Below, piece by piece: positions 56,970-64,000 of a stretch of DNA of 64,000 nucleotides. Both the position numbers and the translations under genes were made by a program. Location of the stretch: the IMG/VR virus record IMGVR_UViG_3300009155_000038; one strand, given 5' to 3'. Each line of letters starts with the position of its first letter. Position 1 is the stretch's first letter. Below the pieces are notes generated by a model, which was not told where the DNA came from, did no database searches, and worked only from the letters and a program-made list of their open reading frames with translations. Source of the stretch: a virus.

Positions 56970-58844
56970 TTAAGGCTTCCACCCACTCGTCGTGCCCGTT
57001 ACGCCGAACTGCTCTCCGCGAGCCAATGCCGGCACGTAACTGCTGCTCGCTGTGTCCGAGCTTAAGCCACGGTGCACGCTATTCATCAGGCCTTTTTCTT
57101 GATACGACCCCAGCATACGGGTCATCCAATCAGTGTCGTTAGAGATGTTCGACATACCGCGCACCATCTCCGGCTCAAACGGCGGCGGCTCTTTGTGCGC
57201 TTGAATATTGTGAACGCCGTACTTATTTAGATTAGCTGCGACGTTTTTGCCAATTTTTGTGCCGATAGAATAATGCAAGACGGGCTGTTCTAAGTAGTGC
57301 CCGACCATAGCCTGCGGCGCGCCAGATACTGCGCCCGCGCGCGGCTGCCAGTTTCGTTCCAGCGCAGAATATGGCACGATATCGTCTGGCACGTAATCGC
57401 CGTGCTCGTCGGTCAGCCGCACATGGTTAATGAGCCCACGCGCGAGCAGCTCTACATTACGACGGTGCGACGAAATACCGCTGTTTTTCATGACCTGCTG
57501 CATCGCCTGCACGAAATAGCGCCGGCCTTCGCCGATACCTTTGTGCTTCACGACTTCAGCCGGACTGGGCATGCCGCTCGAAATAACATCGCCGGCTTCT
57601 AGTTCGTCGCCCTTTTTAACGCTAACTTCTCGGTCAGCCGAGACGTAATGGTCTTGGCCGTTGACCTGTACGTAAAACCCGCCTTGCGGCGCCGGCCTTA
57701 CTTCTTGCACACGGCCGTCGACTTGCGTGTGCGTCGCACCATTTGGGTATTTCTTCGGTACCTGAACCAGAGCGTTGAGCGCTTTGAACCCCGAAATAGC
57801 TCCTGCGCCACCCACACCGCCAGAGTGCTTCGAGCTAATCTGGCTTTGCGTTACCGGCTCAGAAAGCGCCTGCGCAGCGGCAATACCGACATAGTCACCA
57901 ATCGGCGGTAATCGATGCTTTTCCCGATATCCCACGTCCTTGGCAAAAACACCGCCATCTGCCGGGCCGCCCACTAATGGGCTGCGGACTAAGATATCTT
58001 TAACCCCCATCTGTTTCATATCTCGCAGGATTTTGGGGGTTAGCAGTGTGTCGCGCTTGTACGGCCCCACAGGTCGCGACAAAAACGCGCCCTCGTTATC
58101 TACGTCGTCTACATCGGTCGGCATCCCGCGGTCGTGAGCTGTGGCATTGCGCTCTGCATCATCCTCATCGTCTTGAGTCACAAGAAGCCGATGCGTCATT
58201 TGCGTTAGCTGCTTGCCGAAAAATCCAGCGTCAGCCGTAGCGGTCTTTAAATCCATAACGCCCTTGCGGGTGCCGAATGCGCCGGCAAAATACTCTACCG
58301 GGCGCAAACCTTGTCCGTAGCCATGCGTTACCGGAATTGGAATCGGCTCGCCGCGGTGATCGAGATACTGCATATCAGCGCCGATAAGGCTATTCAGCGA
58401 GAATTTATTACCTCTGCCCACGCCATGCACTTGTTGGGCAAGCGGGTTATCCTCCCCGTGCGACTCGGCAAATACTTTCTCCACAAGATCGCGCTGCGCG
58501 TTTGACGCCAGTTCCAACAGGCGCAGATCTCGCTCTTTGTCGTCGATACCGCGGTCGGCAAATAGTTTCTGCAGATCGCCGTGCATCTTGAGCTGGGCGT
58601 TGCGTACGGCCAGTGTCGGCTTAATGTGCTTTAGCCCGAACGACAGACCATTTGTTGTGTAACTGGCGTCCTTGCCGATGTCATGCAGCTTTTTCATAAC
58701 CGGCCGGTACTGATCCGGGTACTTCTCGGCTAGCTGCGTCGCAAGTTCTGCCATCTTTTTCTTGGTCAGAACCCGCTCGTGGTCGCGCATGTCGGGCGGC
58801 AAGGCCTCGTTAATCAGAACTTGTCCGAGCGTTGTTTTGAGCAT
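56970..58844 (-). CDS. phage multisubunit RNA polymerase, beta' C-terminal portion
   Basis: TTLGQVLIN, bridge helix YFAGAFGTRKGVMDLKTATADAGFFGKQL, trigger loop GIAAAQALSEPVTQSQISSKHSGG, and RRNVELLARG; start ATG 58844 coupled to the upstream TAA. Confidence 0.92.
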   Translation of the reverse strand: MLKTTLGQVLINEALPPDMRDHERVLTKKKMAELATQLAEKYPDQYRPVMKKLHDIGKDASYTTNGLSFGLKHIKPTLAVRNAQLKMHGDLQKLFADRGIDDKERDLRLLELASNAQRDLVEKVFAESHGEDNPLAQQVHGVGRGNKFSLNSLIGADMQYLDHRGEPIPIPVTHGYGQGLRPVEYFAGAFGTRKGVMDLKTATADAGFFGKQLTQMTHRLLVTQDDEDDAERNATAHDRGMPTDVDDVDNEGAFLSRPVGPYKRDTLLTPKILRDMKQMGVKDILVRSPLVGGPADGGVFAKDVGYREKHRLPPIGDYVGIAAAQALSEPVTQSQISSKHSGGVGGAGAISGFKALNALVQVPKKYPNGATHTQVDGRVQEVRPAPQGGFYVQVNGQDHYVSADREVSVKKGDELEAGDVISSGMPSPAEVVKHKGIGEGRRYFVQAMQQVMKNSGISSHRRNVELLARGLINHVRLTDEHGDYVPDDIVPYSALERNWQPRAGAVSGAPQAMVGHYLEQPVLHYSIGTKIGKNVAANLNKYGVHNIQAHKEPPPFEPEMVRGMSNISNDTDWMTRMLGSYQEKGLMNSVHRGLSSDTASSSYVPALARGEQFGVTGTTSGWKP

Positions 58845-58845
58845 A

Positions 58846-59085
58846 TTACGGCGCCCAGACAATGTTTTCGATCGGCTTTGGTTTAAATTCTGAAACTGCG
58901 ACTGTCTTATTAATGCCTAACGCCTGCAAAATTGAGTGAAAGTCTTTTTCGCCGGGCGTTGAATACACAATCGCCTCATCAAGCTGAAGCGCTACAAAAA
59001 TAGGGTTGCCCAGATCGTCTTCAACAACGATGCTGTGCGCTTTTTGTTCTGTAGGCTGCAGCTTGTACTGCGTCTTAATGTGCAT
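58846..59085 (-). CDS. small hypothetical protein between the RNAP fragments
   Basis: 79 aa (MHIKTQ...), ATG overlaps the upstream ORF end. Confidence 0.65.
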   Translation of the reverse strand: MHIKTQYKLQPTEQKAHSIVVEDDLGNPIFVALQLDEAIVYSTPGEKDFHSILQALGINKTVAVSEFKPKPIENIVWAP

Positions 59086-59800
59086 TCCCGGACAAGCTCC
59101 GCAACATGGCCGCAGCGGCACTCGCCTTGGTTTGCAGATCAACCGCCGGCGACTCCACAGTGCTGGTTACACTGCGATCAACCGGGTGCCCGATGTAAGA
59201 CGCTGACTTGTTGTATTCATTAGCCAGATCCCACCAGCTAGCTACCTTACCCGCATTGGGGTCTTGCGGCGGGGCGCTGGGATCCATGGGACCGCCCGGA
59301 GGCAGCGGACCACCCGGAGCTTGCGGGCCTTGCGGCGCGCTGGGGTCTTGCTGCGGGGGTGGCGGCGCCATCGGACCACCGGGAAGTGCCGACTCAGCCG
59401 GCGGTGCGCCCGGCGAACCCGGAGGCAGAACCAGCGATTCTGGCGGAACTTGCACGCCCAGCGCGTTCATAATCGCCGTTAACTGCTGCTGCATGTTGTA
59501 CAGCCGGTAATCCAACATGTTCATCATCTGCTCAGGCTTGAGCTTCTGTACGGCAGCGGCGCCGGGAGCAGCACCGGGCGCCGCGGGAGCAGCTGGAGCC
59601 GCGGGTGCAACAGGGGCTGCGGGAGCAACAGCACCCATAGCTGCCGGGTCAACAGGCGGAGCGGCGGCAGCCGGATCGGCGGGAGGAGCCGCGCCCATTG
59701 CTGCGGGGTCCACGGGGGCGGCTGCGGGCGGCGGGAAATCAGCCTCTTTTACGAGGCGCGCTGCCGCTAAGGCAATAAGTTCTGGGTTAACTGTGTACAT
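59075..59800 (-). CDS. Pro/Ala-rich low-complexity protein between the RNAP fragments
   Basis: 241 aa, AAGGAGG SD, PAAAP/DPAA repeats bounded by VKEA, GKVA and NKSA. Confidence 0.75.
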   Translation of the reverse strand: MYTVNPELIALAAARLVKEADFPPPAAAPVDPAAMGAAPPADPAAAAPPVDPAAMGAVAPAAPVAPAAPAAPAAPGAAPGAAAVQKLKPEQMMNMLDYRLYNMQQQLTAIMNALGVQVPPESLVLPPGSPGAPPAESALPGGPMAPPPPQQDPSAPQGPQAPGGPLPPGGPMDPSAPPQDPNAGKVASWWDLANEYNKSASYIGHPVDRSVTSTVESPAVDLQTKASAAAAMLRSLSGNAH

Positions 59801-59801
59801 G

Positions 59802-59815
59802 ACTCCTCCTTGAGT
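59802..59815 (-). promoter_or_regulatory. CsrA-type hairpin ACUC-AAGGAG-GAGU over the RBS of 59075..59800
   Basis: UCAAGGAGGA matches (A/U)CANGGANG(U/A); 4-bp stem. Confidence 0.7.
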
Positions 59816-59823
59816 ACGGCCGA

Positions 59824-62800
59824 TTACGTATTATCTTCCACAATATGCACTGGGGTGTCTACATCTATTTCCCCACGCCGGTATGCGCTAATAGCATCTT
59901 GCTTGTTGCGAAACACACGGGGCTTAGCTTTATTGTTGATCCGGCTGGACGCCAGATACATGCCGGTCTGGTAATCCGCCTGCGGCACATAATGAGCTTT
60001 AAACGACGCCGCGGCAAATAAATTTTTACTCGGCAGCATCTTGGCCACAGCTTCAGCCGCCGCATCGTCGGTGCTCGGGACGTGGTACTGCATCGCATCG
60101 CCGTCAAAGTCCGCGTTAAAACCCTTGGTAATCACAGGGTTTACTTCCATGACCTTGTTCTTCGTTAATTTGGGATAGAACGCCATCATGCCGTAGCGAT
60201 GCAGTACGGGCGCACGATTAATAACAATCGGGCGCTTGCTCATTTGAGTCTGCAGCTCGTCCATCGCGGCTTTGTTCTTATCTTCGACAAACTGGAGCGC
60301 CTGCATTCTGGGCAATCCGCGGCGAACAAGCCCGCGCACGACGAACGGCTTGTAAACATCCCACGCTTTTTCTTCGGGCAGCGCGACTTCGTCCATGTCT
60401 AAGTCTGGGTTCGGCGTAATCACAGCGCGGCCCACAAGATCGACCGTAGAACTCAGCAACTTGCGCTGAACCGTGCCGTACTTGGGGGAATTACCAAAGA
60501 TGTGCGACAAGAAGCCGCGAACATTGCGCTCGACGTTCTTGGGGTGCTGCGGATCACCCAAACCAGTTACGCCCTTCATAGCGTCGTACACATTCAAGCG
60601 CTCGTCGCCGTACTCTGTGACTTGCTGCGCTGCGTCTTTCAATGCGCCGTTCGCGTCGAGTAACTCTTTGTAGAGATAATTCGCGTCAGCCACGAGCGGG
60701 AGCTTCTTCGCGCCCATTGTCGATACGGGGCGGAATAGCGGCGGAATGACTGGTATCTTGGTCAGCATCCAGTCTTTGGGATGCACGCCAATACGCTCAG
60801 CGCTCTTTAAATATCCCAGCTTACGCACAGCGGCATCGCGCTGAACGGCACGGCCCGATTTGATGTCTTCGCGCGCCTGCTCAATAGCTTTGGGAAGATT
60901 GATCTTCGCCAGCGCGTCTGAAATAGCTTGCGGGCCAGTAGCGTCGTACAGCTTTTCTTGGCCAGCAAGAACACCGCGAAACTGTTTCTCTGTCAGCCCC
61001 AAAACCCGACGAATAGGATCTTCCATGATCGGGTTAGGCATCGGCTCGTGTAATGTTATCTTTGACCAGCGATTGCCGCCGTGGCCACCCGTAAGCGTCT
61101 CGTCAAAAAGGCCGCCGGCGACTGGCTTCATCCGGCCTTTCCAATCCACCGTTTCGGCATTCTGGATCTCGCGGTTACCGGCTAGCTGATCGACGTCTTT
61201 GTCGTGCAGGGCCATGATATTCGTCTTCGTACCAGTGCGCGTGACGTTAATCCCAGAGCCCTTGAGCTGGTTGACGAACTTTTCATAAACGTGCGGGATC
61301 TTGGGCAGCGGGGCGTCATAACCGGCCATGAACTGCGACCAATACTCTGGGTTCGCTTGACCGCGCACCATTTTGGCGTCGCGAATGACTTTGCCGGCGC
61401 CGTGAGACAACAGCGCGCCCAGATCAAGCATGCCCACGCGCTTCGCGCCTTCTGAACCGCCCTTGGCCGGCGTGCCTTCCGCTGTGTAACCGCCGGTAGA
61501 GCGCCCCTGCCCTTTGGACTCAGCTGTGTGGTGCAGCTTCATAAAGAATCTATTACCAGTGAGCACGTTGCCAATCTTGCGGCCAGTCTCAGGGTCAAAT
61601 AAATCCTCGGTGTCATTCAGCCCGTGCTTGGCGAGTTCTTTCTGCGCAAACTCGACCATATCTGTGTCGTTATCGAAATCTTTAACCTTGTACGGCTGGC
61701 CAGTTTTGGCGGCTACTTTGCCTAGTGCGGTTTCGATAACTTGAGACGGATTCACGCGCGAGATCAGGCCCAGCGGACTGACCAGCACTTCCATGGGGTT
61801 GCCGTCTTTGTCGTGCGGCATCTGATGATCTGGGACAATATCAGAAATTACACCCTTGTCGCCAAATCGACCTGTGAGCTTGTCGCCAACTTCCATCGGT
61901 GCTTGATTCTTGACGACAACGCTGACGCCCTTGGATGTGTGCTCAACGTCGGTCACAATACCGGGCGCATGATGATCCCATGTCACTGTTTCGTTGGTAA
62001 AGCTGCCGGCACGACCACGATGCACTTTGCCGTACACCGTGTCTTTTTTCTTAGCCACGAGCACAAGCGGGTCACCGAAGTTGACGGTCATGCCCTTCTT
62101 GATCGCGCCTTGGTCATCAAAGTTATCTAAAAGCTTCTTCTCGTACTGGCCGGGAAACAAACTCACGAATGCGCGCTTGCCGACGTGCGTGTTGTCGTCC
62201 CACTCGGCTTCATGCTGATACATGTGCTCAGACGTTAAACGCTTGGCCGCAGACTCGGAGATCACCGTAGCGTCTTCGTAGTTCTTGCCCCTGAATGGCA
62301 GATAACCCACGCGCATATTTAAACCTAGCGCGGCCGAGCCATTGCTGTCTGTAAAATTAGAGCGCGCCAGCAGTTGCCCGGGCTTAATGACATCGCCCGG
62401 CTGTACCATTGGCGTCTGATGTAAAAACGTCTTCCGGTTGTACGGCATGTCGTTGTACAGTTCGACGGTTTTCTTGTTGCCGTCGCGATCACGTACCACA
62501 ATACCGTCTGGCGACACGGAAACTACTTGGCCGTGAATATCAGACCGCGTAGCGCCAAGCCGCTCACCCATTTCGTCTTCATGTGATGTGCCCGGTTTAT
62601 CGGCCACGGCAGACTGCACAAACGGCGCTTCGGCACCAACGAGCGGTAACGCCTGCGTAAACATGCGCGAACCCATGATGACGCGATGGCCCTTCATCAT
62701 GAACTTGAGCGGCACCATGTTAGACAGCGACGAGAACGCCGAGTCCATATGCGGCAAGCTGTACTGCACTTCTTTGCGCGGCACATACTTAATCTTGCCG

Positions 62801-63999
62801 CCAACAAGCGCGGCGACTACTGGCAGCTTGTTGTTTTCTTCGCCCGGAAAGGCCAACGGTGTATCAGCTAGTTCTTGCGGTGTCTTATGCGTTGTTTCTC
62901 CGGTCTTCATGTCGATAACCGGCGTATAAATTCTGCCGTCAGCGCCCTTCATTGCGCCACGGGCAAACCGCATGTCCACGCCGACTTTGCCAGATTCGGG
63001 AGTGCGCAGGTAGTCGATGTAACCTAGATGGCTGGGTTGTACGCTGCGCGACTCAGCCGGCACGGCGTCGAGCGATGAAATACCGCCTTCGCCCATGCGC
63101 GTCACGCGGGTCTGATGGTCAAAAATTTCAGCCGGGTTGATTTCTTCCAAGCTTGAACCAAGACCAGAACCAATGAGCGCGCTCGAAATAGCCTTGTCAA
63201 ATACGCCGCTCGGGATGTGGTCGATGGATTTCTTTGCAGTGGCGCGCCAGAGAAGCTTGTTCAAACCTTGCCTATCTTTGCCAAACCGTTCTGCAATAAG
63301 ATCTTCCGGCCCCGCAATTGACTGGAACACCATGTTGTCTCGGTCGTCCGGGTCAGCTTCGCGACGATTTACAGCCAAGAGTTTCTTGGTGATCGCCAGC
63401 ATCGTTTCAGCATTGATATTTTTATGCCCGGCACCCAGAGTGCGATGCGTGACTTCAGGATCTAACTCAACCTTGGCAAACGCTTCTTGAATAGCCTGTT
63501 GTTTTGCAATGTTGTCGGCGTTCAGGTCAATCTTGTTAGCTATTCTTTGATACAGCTTATCCAGTGTGCCGGCGTCGCCCTTCGCCATGTTTACGGCGGT
63601 GATGTCGTTGCCCCAATGTTCGCGGAGCTGTTGGTCCGTGACGCCCATGCTCTTGAGCACCGGCATCAGCGGAATCTGTGCCTGCCCGATATTGATCTTG
63701 AACACGCCGGTCTTGGGGTCGAGAAAATACCGGTGCGAGCGGCCCTTGCCGGGAAGCGTATTCACGTGCGCTTCGATTTCGCCGTTGTCTTTCTCGCGAG
63801 TAAACACGCCCGGCCGCAAACGCATTTGGTGGGCGAGCGTGTATTCAACGCCTTTGTTTACAAACGTGCCGGAGTCGGTGAGATACGGCACATGCGCAAT
63901 CGTCGCATTCTTCTGCCCGACAACTTGGCCGGTTTTGTTATCTACCAATGACCATGTGCCCTGCAACTTACGCGAGAGCGAGCCGCGGGTGAGAACAGC
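59824..63999 (-). CDS. phage multisubunit RNA polymerase, beta + beta' N-terminal fusion with catalytic NADFDGD (5'-truncated by the window edge)
   Basis: beta motifs SVQPSHLG..RTPESGKVG, MGSRMFTQA, NYEDATVISES, GDKLTGRFGDKGV, FMKLHH, GGSEGAKRVGMLD; beta' motifs GGLFDE, WMLTKIPVIPPLFRP, VDLVGRAVITP, NRAPVLHR, NADFDGD (nt 60097-60117). The frame stays open to the window end. Confidence 0.95.
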   Translation of the reverse strand, partial: AVLTRGSLSRKLQGTWSLVDNKTGQVVGQKNATIAHVPYLTDSGTFVNKGVEYTLAHQMRLRPGVFTREKDNGEIEAHVNTLPGKGRSHRYFLDPKTGVFKINIGQAQIPLMPVLKSMGVTDQQLREHWGNDITAVNMAKGDAGTLDKLYQRIANKIDLNADNIAKQQAIQEAFAKVELDPEVTHRTLGAGHKNINAETMLAITKKLLAVNRREADPDDRDNMVFQSIAGPEDLIAERFGKDRQGLNKLLWRATAKKSIDHIPSGVFDKAISSALIGSGLGSSLEEINPAEIFDHQTRVTRMGEGGISSLDAVPAESRSVQPSHLGYIDYLRTPESGKVGVDMRFARGAMKGADGRIYTPVIDMKTGETTHKTPQELADTPLAFPGEENNKLPVVAALVGGKIKYVPRKEVQYSLPHMDSAFSSLSNMVPLKFMMKGHRVIMGSRMFTQALPLVGAEAPFVQSAVADKPGTSHEDEMGERLGATRSDIHGQVVSVSPDGIVVRDRDGNKKTVELYNDMPYNRKTFLHQTPMVQPGDVIKPGQLLARSNFTDSNGSAALGLNMRVGYLPFRGKNYEDATVISESAAKRLTSEHMYQHEAEWDDNTHVGKRAFVSLFPGQYEKKLLDNFDDQGAIKKGMTVNFGDPLVLVAKKKDTVYGKVHRGRAGSFTNETVTWDHHAPGIVTDVEHTSKGVSVVVKNQAPMEVGDKLTGRFGDKGVISDIVPDHQMPHDKDGNPMEVLVSPLGLISRVNPSQVIETALGKVAAKTGQPYKVKDFDNDTDMVEFAQKELAKHGLNDTEDLFDPETGRKIGNVLTGNRFFMKLHHTAESKGQGRSTGGYTAEGTPAKGGSEGAKRVGMLDLGALLSHGAGKVIRDAKMVRGQANPEYWSQFMAGYDAPLPKIPHVYEKFVNQLKGSGINVTRTGTKTNIMALHDKDVDQLAGNREIQNAETVDWKGRMKPVAGGLFDETLTGGHGGNRWSKITLHEPMPNPIMEDPIRRVLGLTEKQFRGVLAGQEKLYDATGPQAISDALAKINLPKAIEQAREDIKSGRAVQRDAAVRKLGYLKSAERIGVHPKDWMLTKIPVIPPLFRPVSTMGAKKLPLVADANYLYKELLDANGALKDAAQQVTEYGDERLNVYDAMKGVTGLGDPQHPKNVERNVRGFLSHIFGNSPKYGTVQRKLLSSTVDLVGRAVITPNPDLDMDEVALPEEKAWDVYKPFVVRGLVRRGLPRMQALQFVEDKNKAAMDELQTQMSKRPIVINRAPVLHRYGMMAFYPKLTKNKVMEVNPVITKGFNADFDGDAMQYHVPSTDDAAAEAVAKMLPSKNLFAAASFKAHYVPQADYQTGMYLASSRINNKAKPRVFRNKQDAISAYRRGEIDVDTPVHIVEDNT

Positions 64000-64000
64000 G

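Noticed and set aside
59824-63999. Intein or intron in the RNAP genes, or a cellular rpoB/rpoC locus
   Set aside because: The motifs are collinear and compact with no insertion. The sequence is too diverged and rearranged for a cellular rpoBC, and the context is phage structural genes.
1-64000. Alternative genetic code or stop-codon recoding
   Set aside because: Standard code 11 gives dense, coupled, full-length genes throughout

Overview
A 64-kb piece of a large tailed-phage (myovirus-like, probably jumbo) genome. Almost every gene is on the minus strand. In transcription order (right to left) the window holds: (1) a phage multisubunit RNA polymerase, encoded as a beta + beta'-N-terminal fusion carrying NADFDGD (5'-truncated by the window edge) and a separate beta'-C-terminal gene, with two unrelated ORFs in between; (2) a head module with probable internal proteins, prohead protease, scaffold, decoration protein and HK97-like major capsid protein; (3) neck, sheath, tube, spike, tail chaperones and tape measure genes; (4) a baseplate module with a sigma70-family gene inside it; (5) five paralogous fibre/baseplate genes, a 1857-aa Cys-repeat plus collagen fibre and a second collagen protein; (6) small genes including csrA. 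The most striking observation is a probable phage CsrA translational regulon. The phage encodes CsrA, and at least seven virion-gene start regions carry ANGGAN hexaloop hairpins whose stems differ in sequence but stay paired. These include the major capsid, decoration and sheath genes, and one site overlaps a start codon instead of the SD. Other highlights: both beta' zinc-binding sites appear to be lost; the sigma factor lacks the region 2.3 aromatic residues; a K-x-A motif recurs in head proteins and may be the protease cleavage site; there is a candidate late-promoter motif (TGTATACTA) and a candidate -1 frameshift before the tape measure gene. All product calls come from motif recognition by eye, with no database searches.
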